Assembly (NCBI GenBank): GCA_016201015.1
Contig: JACQDQ010000194.1
Span: forward strand, 11,149-75,148
DNA: 64,000 bases
Source of the DNA: Pseudomonadota bacterium
Lineage (GTDB): Bacteria; Pseudomonadota; Alphaproteobacteria; CACIAM-22H2
Direction of reading: 5' to 3'
The number at the start of each line of letters is the position of its first letter. The stretch's first letter is position 1. The notes below the pieces were generated by a model. The model searched no databases and was not told the origin of the DNA. It saw nothing but the letters and a program-made list of their open reading frames with translations. Of the stretch, positions 11,057 through 19,907 are shown piece by piece. The position numbers and the translations under genes are program-made.

Positions 11057-11668
11057 TCACTTCTTTTCCAGGGCGACGGTCTGCTTCTCGATGGTCTCGA
11101 TCAGACCTGTAAAGCCCCTGGCCCGGAAAATGGAGACGAATTCCGAACGGCGCACCGCCACCTGGCTGACGGTGCCGTCGAACAGCACGTCGATCACCTT
11201 CCACTGGCCCTGGTCCTGGCGCATCACGTAGTCGATCTGGGTGGCGTCGCCGGCCTTGGGCACGATCCAGCTGGGTACGATGGTGCTGCCGGCGGCCGCG
11301 GCGCGGGGCTCGCCCACTTCAAAGCGCTCGCCATCCCATTCGTCGAATTGGGCGGCATAGGTCGCCACCGAGAACGCCGAATAGGTGTCGGCCAGTTTGG
11401 CGGCTTCCTCGGGCGTCAGCTTGGAGGCGGCGGTGCCCAGGGTGCTCTTGGTCATGGAGGCCATGTCGTAGGTGGCTCCCACGCTCGGACGCAGTTTATC
11501 GACACGGCCCTTGAAACCCAATTTGGGGCCATTCTTCATGACGTCGATCAGCGTCTCGTTGAATGAACGCACCACCGCTTCGGGAGCCAGGGACTGAGCC
11601 TGGGCGTCACCGGGAAGGGCAAGGAACAGGGCGAACAGCAACGACAGGCCGCCAAGGATCGAACGCAT
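11057..11668 (-). CDS. hpnM: hopanoid-associated MlaC/Ttg2D-like periplasmic protein HpnM
   Basis: Signal peptide MRSILGGLSLLFALFLALPGDAQA and a ~180 aa MlaC-family fold; first gene of the minus-strand hpnM-hpnI-hpnJ unit. Confidence 0.7.
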   Translation of the reverse strand: MRSILGGLSLLFALFLALPGDAQAQSLAPEAVVRSFNETLIDVMKNGPKLGFKGRVDKLRPSVGATYDMASMTKSTLGTAASKLTPEEAAKLADTYSAFSVATYAAQFDEWDGERFEVGEPRAAAAGSTIVPSWIVPKAGDATQIDYVMRQDQGQWKVIDVLFDGTVSQVAVRRSEFVSIFRARGFTGLIETIEKQTVALEKK

Positions 11669-11837
11669 GCATTATTCTCCTGCCTATAAATAAACGCCAC
11701 CCAGATGGTGCGCCCCCACGCCCTCTGCCATACCACATTATGGCGAGAGAACACCAGAGCCTGCCCAACCTTGAAGCGGGTGTCTGGACAGGCCATTTGA
11801 CTTATGGAAATGTACGTAGGGGGTTGGGGGGATTGGC

Positions 11838-13709
11838 ATGTTGGGTCTTTCGGGCCTATGGGCCAGACTGAAGGGGCGATTCCAAGACCGGGCCGTGCAG
11901 GATGCGCGGTTAGACGGCCGTGGGCAGAGCGCTCCTCACGAGGCCAGGCGTCCGCAAAGCGGTTTTCTTGACCCTGATACCTTCGCCCAGGTGATCCAGG
12001 GCGTCGCCGATGCCGATCAGGGTGAAGAGCGGCGCCTGCACGTCTTCTCCCTGGCCGATTTCCGTAATGCCGTCGGCTCCAAATGGGGGCGGCTGGGGGC
12101 CTTGCTGGAAGTGGCCGGAGACGCCATCATCCGCCGCCATATCGACCTGTCCAAGGATGTCGTCACCCGCCTGGATGCCGAGATCGCCTGTCTGGCCATG
12201 CCGGTGGCCAACCGCCAGGAGACCCGGACCCGTGTCGCGTCCATCGCCACCGATCTCTCCACCTATCTGTTCGGTGACGCCGTCATCAACGGCAGACGGC
12301 CACAGGTCGTCGCCGCCAACATGGCCTTCAAGGACGCCATCGCCGAGGACGGCAGTCTCGACCATGACGCCATCCGCAAGGCGGTGGCCACGGCGGGAGC
12401 GGCGCTGGAGGCCGGAGCGGCCCAGGTCTCCCCCCATCGCGCCACCCTGGCCGCCATGCTGCCCAGCGATCAGGCGGCGGCCCTCACGGGTGCATCGAGG
12501 ACCGGAGCCGCCTATTCCATCAGCGGCGGCGACAAACCCTATCGGATCGATCCCGACAGCGTGCCGCAATGGGTCACCGAGGAACCGGCCAAACGCCGAG
12601 CCAGCGATCAGCCCCTGCCCGCCTTCACGGTCGAGGGCCAACAACAATGGGACGGAATCGGCGAAAAGCCTGCCTGGGCAGTCGAGGGCGCGGCCTTGCG
12701 CGGCGCCGACGCCCCCATGACCACCTGGACGATGGCGGGCGGCAATCTCAACGGCGCCGACGCGGCTCGCCAATCCCTCTCCGTGGAAGGCAATGCCCTT
12801 ACCGGTGCCGACGCGGCCCGCCAGACCATGGTGGTCGAAGGCAAGGCCCTGAATGGCGCCGACGCCGCCCGCCAGACCCTGACCTTGGGAGCCAAGGACG
12901 GCAAGGGCGCCGATTGGCTGGAAGAACAGATGGAGCGCCAGGCCCAGGCCGGCCTGACATCGGGCAGCCATCTGAATGCCGATTCCAGCCTGACCCTGGT
13001 CTGGACCCCCACCTGGGTGGCCACCCGCCGGGCGGTGGGCGCCTTCCACGCCAAGGTCATCCGGGTCGATCGCGACGGCGCTCCGCCCCTGGAAGGGGTC
13101 AGGGCCTATACCGACGCCGCTCCCATCGAATCCCTGACCATGGACCGCTTCATCGCCACCCAGGCGGCCTATGAGCTGAAAGACCTGTTCTACGGCCGCC
13201 ACAAGGTGGGGCTGACCGTTCCCTTCCATTGGATGAGTCTGGCGCCGCGCTGGCGCGACTGCATCCGCATCCCGTTCGAGACCTGCCCGCCGCAAGCGCT
13301 GCGCAAATTGCTGAAGATCGAGATTTTCGGCCTGTCGCCGGCTATTCCGCCCCATGTCATCAACCGGCTGTTCGAGCCGCTGGAGAAATTGGACTGTCCG
13401 GTGATGGCCAGGCTGCCGCTGTCGGCGCCGGGAATGGTCAAGGCCTTGAAGGGCGTGCGCGCCATCGGCATCGATCTGGCCGAACTGCATGATGACGAAA
13501 AGGTCGGCGATTTGGAATTGTTGCAACGCATGGAGCGCTTCCGCGACGTCGCCCACAAATCGGGGATGGCCTGCTATGTCTGGGGCATTCGCCGCCGCCC
13601 GCTGATCGCCCAGGTGATCAAGGCCGGATTTTCCCTGGTCAACGGCCCGGGCGTCATGTGCGACCTCGCCCATCCCCGCCCGGCGACGGCCAATACCGCC
13701 GCCGAGTGA
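11838..13709 (+). CDS. hypothetical protein with GADAARQ-type tandem repeats and a degenerate EAL-like C-terminal domain
   Basis: C-terminal 250 aa align topologically to an EAL domain (KIEIFG~ELEITE, AIGIDLAEL~VLKIDRSFV, GFSLVNGPGV~GCDEAQGYLF) but lack the EAL and DDFGTG catalytic motifs. The centre has ~4 copies of (V/A)EGxAL(T/N)GADAARQ. Confidence 0.55.
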   Translation: MLGLSGLWARLKGRFQDRAVQDARLDGRGQSAPHEARRPQSGFLDPDTFAQVIQGVADADQGEERRLHVFSLADFRNAVGSKWGRLGALLEVAGDAIIRRHIDLSKDVVTRLDAEIACLAMPVANRQETRTRVASIATDLSTYLFGDAVINGRRPQVVAANMAFKDAIAEDGSLDHDAIRKAVATAGAALEAGAAQVSPHRATLAAMLPSDQAAALTGASRTGAAYSISGGDKPYRIDPDSVPQWVTEEPAKRRASDQPLPAFTVEGQQQWDGIGEKPAWAVEGAALRGADAPMTTWTMAGGNLNGADAARQSLSVEGNALTGADAARQTMVVEGKALNGADAARQTLTLGAKDGKGADWLEEQMERQAQAGLTSGSHLNADSSLTLVWTPTWVATRRAVGAFHAKVIRVDRDGAPPLEGVRAYTDAAPIESLTMDRFIATQAAYELKDLFYGRHKVGLTVPFHWMSLAPRWRDCIRIPFETCPPQALRKLLKIEIFGLSPAIPPHVINRLFEPLEKLDCPVMARLPLSAPGMVKALKGVRAIGIDLAELHDDEKVGDLELLQRMERFRDVAHKSGMACYVWGIRRRPLIAQVIKAGFSLVNGPGVMCDLAHPRPATANTAAE

Positions 13710-13725
13710 GAGTGGGCGAAATCCC

Positions 13726-14847
13726 CTATTCCATAACAATCCGCGGACCCTTGCGGCCACCGGCCTGGAGCGTCTGGACCTTGTCCCAGATCTTGGCGGC
13801 GATGGCCATGTAGGCCTTGGCGTGGGGCGAGTTGGGCTTGGAGACCACGATGGGCTCGCCCGCGTCGGAGGTCTGGCGGATGGCGATGTCCAGGGGCACT
13901 TCGCCCAGGAATTCGGTGGACAGTCGCGCCGCCTCCGCCTTGGCGCCGCCATGGCCGAAGATATGGGCCTCGTCGCCGCATTTCGGGCAGATGTAATAGC
14001 TCATGTTCTCGATGATGCCGAGGACCGGGACATCGACCTTGCGGAACATGTTGAGGCCCTTGGTGGCATCCAGCAGGGCGATATCCTGGGGCGTCGAGAC
14101 GATCACCGCGCCGGTCAGCGGCACGCGCTGGGTCATGGTCAGCTGGGTGTCGCCGGTGCCGGGCGGCATGTCGATGATCATCACGTCCAGCTCGCCCCAA
14201 TGGACGTCGCGCAACAGCTGTTCCAGAGCGCCCATGACCATGGGGCCGCGCCAGATGATGGGCGAATCCTCGGGCACCAGGAAGCCCATGGACATGCATT
14301 TGACGCCGTAATTCTCCATGGGCAGCATGGTCTGGCCGTCGGGGCTGACCGGCTCGCCCGATATGCCCAGCATGCGCGGCATGCTGGGTCCGAAGATATC
14401 GGCGTCGAACAGGCCGACCTTGAGCCCCATCTGCGACAGGGACATGGCGATGTTGGTGGCGGTGGTGGACTTGCCGACGCCGCCCTTGCCCGAGGCGATG
14501 GCGACGATGGCCTTGACGTGGGGCAGCAGCGGCTTTTCCGCCTGCCCCGCTCCACCATGCCCATGATCGTGGCCGCCCTTGGGCCCGCCCTGGGCATTGC
14601 GCTCGGCGGTCAGCACCGCCGAGACCGACAGCACGCCGGGCAGGTCGTGAACGGCCTTCTCGGCCGCCTTGCGCAGGGGCTCGAGATGAGGGCCGCGCTG
14701 GGCGTCGACCTCGATGGCGAAGGCGACATGGCCGTTCTTCACCACCAGACCTGACACCATGCCCAAGCTGACGATATCCGCCTTGCGGTCGGGGTCGTTG
14801 ATCCGCTTCAGCGCCTCGATGATCTGCTGCTCGGTGAGCTCGGCCAT
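13726..14847 (-). CDS. apbC: Fe-S cluster carrier ATPase Mrp/ApbC
   Basis: MAELTEQQIIEALKRINDP N-domain, Walker A (ASGKGGVGKST) and CPxC (YYICPKCG). Start placed at the conserved MAELT methionine. Confidence 0.9.
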   Translation of the reverse strand: MAELTEQQIIEALKRINDPDRKADIVSLGMVSGLVVKNGHVAFAIEVDAQRGPHLEPLRKAAEKAVHDLPGVLSVSAVLTAERNAQGGPKGGHDHGHGGAGQAEKPLLPHVKAIVAIASGKGGVGKSTTATNIAMSLSQMGLKVGLFDADIFGPSMPRMLGISGEPVSPDGQTMLPMENYGVKCMSMGFLVPEDSPIIWRGPMVMGALEQLLRDVHWGELDVMIIDMPPGTGDTQLTMTQRVPLTGAVIVSTPQDIALLDATKGLNMFRKVDVPVLGIIENMSYYICPKCGDEAHIFGHGGAKAEAARLSTEFLGEVPLDIAIRQTSDAGEPIVVSKPNSPHAKAYMAIAAKIWDKVQTLQAGGRKGPRIVME

Positions 14848-15099
14848 GCTGTCCTCTTCGTTGGAGAAGCTTAGTAATTTAGTTGGGTATGTGCCGCCAC
14901 GGCCGCACAAGCATCTCCTCATATAGGGCCGCCGCTTGCGTTTGCAAAGGCGATTTCCCTCCCCTCGGCCCCGGCCCGTTGTTTATTGAAAACAGGTAAT
15001 GTTCGCCCCTCGCGTTGCGCGAGCCGGAATCCTGCCCTATGTTCCGAGGGCGTGGGTCTTGGCCCGCGCACCCATCTGACTTCGACAAGGGGACAATAT

Positions 15100-16245
15100 A
15101 TGCCTTGGAATCCTCGCGGCGGCGGCGGCGGCCCCTGGGGTAACGGCGGCGGCGGCGGCGGCCCCTGGGGCGGCGGCGGCAACAACCGGCCCGGCGGCGG
15201 CAATGGCGGCGGCCTGGGCGGCGGTCCCGATATCGAAGACTTCATCCGCAAGGGTCAGGAAAAGCTGCGCCGCGCCATGCCGGGCGGCCCCGGCGCCGTC
15301 AATGGCGGCCAGGGACTGATGGTGCTGGCGGCGCTGGCGGTGGCGGCCTGGGTGTTCTCGGGCATCTACAAGGTCAGCCCCGACGAGCAGGGCGTGGTCC
15401 TGCGTTTCGGCCAATGGGTCGACACCACCGAGCCCGGCCTGCATTACCGCCTGCCCTATCCCATCGATACGGTGCTTCTGCCCAAGGTGACCAAGGTCAA
15501 CCAGTTGCAGCTGGGCTATCGCTCGGTGGGTGAGAGCCGGGGCGAGCGCGGCTCGACATCGCGCAACGTGCTCGAGGAAAGCCGCATGCTGACCGGCGAC
15601 GAAAATATCGTCGAGGCCGATGCCGCCGTGTTCTGGCGCATCAAGGATGCCGGCAAGTTCCTGTTCAACGTCCGCGACCCGGAAATCACCGTCAAGGTCG
15701 CCGCCGAGAGCTCCCTGCGCGAGGTCATCGGCCGCAATCCCATCCAGGCGGCCCTGTCCGACAAGCGCGAGCAGATCGCCCTTCAGGCCCAGGAAGAGCT
15801 GCAACGCCTGCTTGACGCCTATGGCGCCGGCATCCAGGTGCAGCAGGTGCAATTGCAGAAGGTGGACCCGCCGTCAGCGGTCATCGACGCCTTCAACGAT
15901 GTCCAGCGTGCCCGCGCCGACCAGGAACGCGCCCGCAACGAGGCCGAGGCCTACCGCAACGACATCATCCCCCGCGCCCGTGGCGAGGCCGAGCGTCTGA
16001 CCCAGGAGGCCCAGGCCTACCGCGAGCAGGTGGTCGATCTGGCCCAGGGCGACGCCAAGCGCTTCCTGTCCGTCTACGGCGCCTACAAGCAGGCCGAGGA
16101 CGTGACCGCAAGGCGCCTCTACATCGAGACCATGGAAGAAATCCTGAAAAGCGCCACCAAGGTGATCATCGATCCCTCCGCCAAGGGAGTGGTGCCCTAT
16201 CTGCCGCTTCCCGAACTAAAGAAGCAGGCCGGAGGCGCCCGATGA
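15100..16245 (+). CDS. hflK: HflK, FtsH protease modulator
   Basis: Gly-rich N-terminus, a TM helix and a SPFH/band-7 domain; immediately followed by hflC. Confidence 0.9.
   Translation: MPWNPRGGGGGPWGNGGGGGGPWGGGGNNRPGGGNGGGLGGGPDIEDFIRKGQEKLRRAMPGGPGAVNGGQGLMVLAALAVAAWVFSGIYKVSPDEQGVVLRFGQWVDTTEPGLHYRLPYPIDTVLLPKVTKVNQLQLGYRSVGESRGERGSTSRNVLEESRMLTGDENIVEADAAVFWRIKDAGKFLFNVRDPEITVKVAAESSLREVIGRNPIQAALSDKREQIALQAQEELQRLLDAYGAGIQVQQVQLQKVDPPSAVIDAFNDVQRARADQERARNEAEAYRNDIIPRARGEAERLTQEAQAYREQVVDLAQGDAKRFLSVYGAYKQAEDVTARRLYIETMEEILKSATKVIIDPSAKGVVPYLPLPELKKQAGGAR
15110..15200 (+). repeat. (GGC)n microsatellite with an imperfect 24-nt direct repeat inside the hflK 5' coding region
   Basis: cggcggcggcggcggcccctgggg occurs twice, separated by aac/ggc; encodes GGGGPWG repeats. 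Confidence 0.7.
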
Positions 16246-17117
16246 ACCGCTCCATCGCCATCGCCGCAATCGGGGCCGTGCTGGCCCTGGTGCTGGCCAC
16301 CTCGTCCCTGTTCATCGTCAATCAGGCGGAACAGGCCCTGGTGCTGCGCTTCGGCGCCCATCGCGCCACCATCAAGGAGCCGGGCCTGCACGCCAAGATC
16401 CCGTTCATCGAGGACGTGGTCCGCTATGATCTGCGCCTGCTGGCGCTGGACCCGCCCGACGAGCAGATCATCCTGGGCGACCAGAAGCGCATCGTCGTCG
16501 ATACCTTCACCCGCTACCGCATCGCCGACCCGCTGAAATTCTATCAGGCGGTCCGCACCGAGACCCTGGCCCGCGCCCAGTTGGCCCAGATCGTCTCCTC
16601 GGCCATGCGCCGGGTGATGGGCCAGGTCATGCTGCCCTCGATCCTGTCCGAGGAACGGGCCAAGATCATGCAGCAGATCCAGCAGGAAGTGGCGGAACGG
16701 GCCGAGCGCGAGCTGGGCATCCAGGTGGTGGACGTGCGGCTGCGCCGCGCCGACCTGCCCGAGGAAACCAGCCAGTCCATCTACGACCGCATGAAGTCCG
16801 AGCGCGAGCGTCAGGCCAAGGAAGCCCGCGCCCAGGGCTATGAATGGAGCCAGCAGATCCGCGCCCGCGCCGACCGCGAGCGCACCGTCCTGCTGGCCGA
16901 GGCCCAGCGCCAGGCCCAGATCGAACGCGGCCAGGGCGATGCCGAGGCCAACCGGGTCTTCGCCGAGGCCTTCGGCAAGGATCCGCAATTCTTCACCCTC
17001 TATCGCTCGCTCCAGGCCTACCGTGCCGCCCTGGGCGAGGGCAGCGGCACCACCTTGGTGCTGTCGCCCGACAACGAGTTCCTGAAATCGTTCGGCAACG
17101 GCCCCAGCAGACGTTGA
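16242..17117 (+). CDS. hflC: HflC, FtsH protease modulator
   Basis: MNRSIAIAAIGAVLALVL TM plus SPFH domain; ATGA overlap with hflK. Confidence 0.9.
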   Translation: MNRSIAIAAIGAVLALVLATSSLFIVNQAEQALVLRFGAHRATIKEPGLHAKIPFIEDVVRYDLRLLALDPPDEQIILGDQKRIVVDTFTRYRIADPLKFYQAVRTETLARAQLAQIVSSAMRRVMGQVMLPSILSEERAKIMQQIQQEVAERAERELGIQVVDVRLRRADLPEETSQSIYDRMKSERERQAKEARAQGYEWSQQIRARADRERTVLLAEAQRQAQIERGQGDAEANRVFAEAFGKDPQFFTLYRSLQAYRAALGEGSGTTLVLSPDNEFLKSFGNGPSRR

Positions 17118-17139
17118 TGGGACCGGCGTTGATCAGGAC

Positions 17140-17340
17140 GTGAGGGATCTGCTGACCGCCCTGGCGCTGACCCTGGTGATCGAGGGCCTCGCCTGGGCGG
17201 CGTTCCCCGAGCGGATGCAGCGCCTGGTAATCCAGATGCTGGCCGCTCCGCCCGACCTGTTGCGGATCATCGGGCTGGTGGCGGCCGCTTTCGGCCTGGG
17301 CGGAGTCTGGCTGGTCCGCTCCGCCTTGATGGCGCCATGA
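17140..17340 (+). CDS. DUF2065 small membrane protein
   Basis: 66 aa, two hydrophobic helices; conserved position downstream of hflKC. Confidence 0.6.
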   Translation: MRDLLTALALTLVIEGLAWAAFPERMQRLVIQMLAAPPDLLRIIGLVAAAFGLGGVWLVRSALMAP

Positions 17341-17406
17341 TTGAGTCCGAAACTGCCCGCCTGCCCGCCGCCGCTTGCCAGGGGCGTCCGGGCGGATTAA
17401 ATCCAT

Positions 17407-18978
17407 ATGACCCCGCAAGCCGTGGGGGTTGAAAGCCCGCCTGGAGGACTAGGTCCAGTGTTCATCGCAAGCCGTGACAATCGCATCCGCCCGCCCCGCC
17501 TGCTGCTGGCGGGCATGGCCCTCATCGCCGTGCTGCTCCATGCCGGCGCCGCCGATGCCGAGGCCGCCGCGCCGCCGGCCAGCTTCGCCGATCTGGCCGA
17601 AAGGCTGTTGCCCAGCGTGGTCAACATCTCCACCACCCAGACGGTCAAGGCCCCCCAGGGCGCACCGGAAATGCCCCAATTCCCGCCGGGCTCGCCCTTG
17701 GAGGAATTCTTCAAGGAATTCCTCGAGCGCCAGCAGGGCGGCGGCCGTCCCGATGCGCCGTCACGCAAGGCGACCTCGCTGGGCTCGGGCTTCATCATCG
17801 ATGCCGGCGGCTATATCGTGACCAACAATCACGTCATCGCCGACGCCGACGAGATCAGCGTGCGCCTGCATGACGACAGCGTCTTCCAGGCCACCCTGGT
17901 GGGCCGCGACCCCAAGGTCGATCTGGCCCTGCTGAAGATCGAGCCCGGCAAGAAGGCCCTGCAGGCCGTGCCCTTCGGCAATTCCGACGAAGCCCGCGTC
18001 GGCGATTGGGTGCTGGCCATCGGCAATCCCTTCGGCTTTGGCGGCACCGTCACCGCCGGCATCGTTTCGGCCCGGGCCCGCGACATCAACGCCGGTCCCT
18101 ATGACGATTTCATCCAGACCGACGCCGCCATCAACCGCGGCAATTCCGGCGGCCCCATGTTCAACATGAAGGGCGAGGTCATCGGCATCAACTCGGCCAT
18201 CATCTCGCCGTCGGGCGGCTCCATCGGCATCGGCTTCGCCGTGCCGTCTTCCCTGGCCATGCCGGTTCTCGAGGATCTCAGGAAGTTCGGCAAGGTGCGG
18301 CGCGGCTGGCTGGGCATCCGCATCCAGTCCCTGGACACCGACATGGCCGAGAATATCGGCCTGCCCGACCAGAAGGGTGCCCTGGTGGCCAAGGTCGATC
18401 CCGCCGGCCCCGGCGTCAAGGCAGGCCTCAAGGACGGCGACGTGGTCCTCAAGTTCGACGGTAAGGACATCACCGAGATGCGCCGCCTGCCCCGCTACGT
18501 GGCCAGCACGCCCATCGGCAAGAAGGTGGAAATGGTGGTGTGGCGCGACGGCAAGCGCCAGACCATCACCGCCACCGTGGGCGAAATGCCGGAAGACCCC
18601 TCCGAACAGCAGGTCAAGGGCAAGCCCGAAACCCCCAAGCCCCAGGCGGGCAAGGACGGCGTGCTCTCCATCCCCGGCGCCGGCCTTACCGTGTCGTCAC
18701 TGACCCCGGCCTTGCGTGAGCGCTTCGCCATCGAAGACGAGTCCAAAGGCATCGTCGTCACCGAGGTCAAGCAGGACAGCCCGGCCGCCGAAAAGGGCCT
18801 GCGCCCCGGCGATCTGATCATCGAGGCCGATCACAAGCCGGTCCGCACCCCCGCCGATCTGGGCAAGCTGATCGACGAAGGCCGCAAGGCGGGCGCCAAA
18901 TCGCTGCTGCTCCGGGTCGAGAACCCCCAGCAACTGCGCTACATCGCCCTGCCCCTGGCCGAGGGCAAGAAGAAGTAG
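17407..18978 (+). CDS. degP: periplasmic serine endoprotease DegP/HtrA (Do family, two PDZ domains)
   Basis: Catalytic H (TNNHVI), D and S (GNSGGP) plus two PDZ segments; signal peptide LLLAGMALIAVLLHAGAADA. The true start may be GTG ~17458. Confidence 0.9.
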   Translation: MTPQAVGVESPPGGLGPVFIASRDNRIRPPRLLLAGMALIAVLLHAGAADAEAAAPPASFADLAERLLPSVVNISTTQTVKAPQGAPEMPQFPPGSPLEEFFKEFLERQQGGGRPDAPSRKATSLGSGFIIDAGGYIVTNNHVIADADEISVRLHDDSVFQATLVGRDPKVDLALLKIEPGKKALQAVPFGNSDEARVGDWVLAIGNPFGFGGTVTAGIVSARARDINAGPYDDFIQTDAAINRGNSGGPMFNMKGEVIGINSAIISPSGGSIGIGFAVPSSLAMPVLEDLRKFGKVRRGWLGIRIQSLDTDMAENIGLPDQKGALVAKVDPAGPGVKAGLKDGDVVLKFDGKDITEMRRLPRYVASTPIGKKVEMVVWRDGKRQTITATVGEMPEDPSEQQVKGKPETPKPQAGKDGVLSIPGAGLTVSSLTPALRERFAIEDESKGIVVTEVKQDSPAAEKGLRPGDLIIEADHKPVRTPADLGKLIDEGRKAGAKSLLLRVENPQQLRYIALPLAEGKKK

Positions 18979-18987
18979 GCGGTATTT

Positions 18988-19040
18988 ACCCCCTCCCCAA
19001 GGCTTAGCCGGGGGGAGGGGGTGACGGTTTCTCGTTTGTT
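18988..19040 (+). terminator. putative rho-independent terminator after degP
   Basis: ACCCCCTCCCCaaggcttagccGGGGGGAGGGGGT stem-loop followed by a T-rich tract. Confidence 0.45.
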
Positions 19041-19075
19041 CCATAAATTGATAGAGATCGTAGGGTGCCCCCTCA

Positions 19076-19615
19076 ATGAGCAGGCCCATGGACGCGCGCA
19101 AGATCGCCGATTACATCCTTTCAAAAATCAACACTGAAGCCGGTGATTCCATCACCAATTTAAAGCTTCAGAAAGTGCTGTACTACACCCAGGGCTGGGC
19201 ACTTGCCGTCTTGGGGAAGCCGCTTTTTGACGAGGAAATCGAGGCCTGGAAATATGGCCCCGTCGTCCCCTCCATCTACCACGCCTTCAAGATGTTTGGA
19301 GACGGCGCGATTCTGCCTACCCGCGACTTGGCCCCACTCACCAGCGATATTTCAATCGAAATCATCTCTTTGATTGATCAGGTTTGGGACCGCTATGGCG
19401 AAATGTCAGGCGTTGCATTGATGAAGAAGACGCATCGCGAGACGCCTTGGCTTGATGCGTACGATTGCGATGTCAGCTCCAAGCCAATTTCGAAGGCTGA
19501 TATGCGGGCCTATTTCCTATGCGAGCAGGAATCGCTAATCCGAGAAAGCGGGCTTGGCCCGCCTGATATGGAAACGGCCCAATCCATCGAAAAGACGCTC
19601 GCAGCCCATGCCTGA
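19076..19615 (+). CDS. Panacea-domain (DUF4065, SocA/GepA-like) antitoxin-type protein
   Basis: N-terminal hallmark KLQKVLYYTQGWALAVLGKPLF...WKYGPVVPSIY typical of DUF4065. Sits in a lower-GC ~0.9 kb segment between degP and serB. Confidence 0.7.
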   Translation: MSRPMDARKIADYILSKINTEAGDSITNLKLQKVLYYTQGWALAVLGKPLFDEEIEAWKYGPVVPSIYHAFKMFGDGAILPTRDLAPLTSDISIEIISLIDQVWDRYGEMSGVALMKKTHRETPWLDAYDCDVSSKPISKADMRAYFLCEQESLIRESGLGPPDMETAQSIEKTLAAHA

Positions 19616-19907
19616 CTTTATCGTTTCGGTAAATCCCTCGGTCGAGGACTGGGTGGCGGAAAATGAGCGGCATCTTCCTGCTTTGGGAAAGACCTTTGGA
19701 ATTGTCCGCAAGTTTCTTGAATGAGACGCTCGTCTCGGAATAAATCTCAAGGATGGGCGCCTGGGTGCCGAGTATCCACGTGGCAGAGATATTCCAGGTT
19801 TGCGCCGCATCGTGGTGGTTTACGCGATTGTCGGTGAAATAGTTACAGTCTCCGGTATCTGGGATAAAGCGGCAGAAACTGGGCTGATTGAACATCCTGG
19901 CCGATAG

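Noticed and set aside
11910-13952. 680-aa minus-strand ORF
   Set aside because: Antisense to the repeat/EAL-like gene and low complexity; the + strand frame carries the recognisable domain.
15100-15260. Possible CRISPR or spacer-repeat structure suggested by repetitive GGC-rich DNA; tandem repeats at 12700-12900 and 28171-28312 were also considered
   Set aside because: All are short in-frame coding repeats without regularly spaced unique spacers. No CRISPR array or cas genes are present in the window.
19473-19895. 140-aa minus-strand ORF overlapping the 3' end of the Panacea gene by ~140 nt
   Set aside because: No start-proximal RBS and no motif, and the large overlap with a convincing gene makes it doubtful. 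A convergent toxin cannot be excluded entirely.
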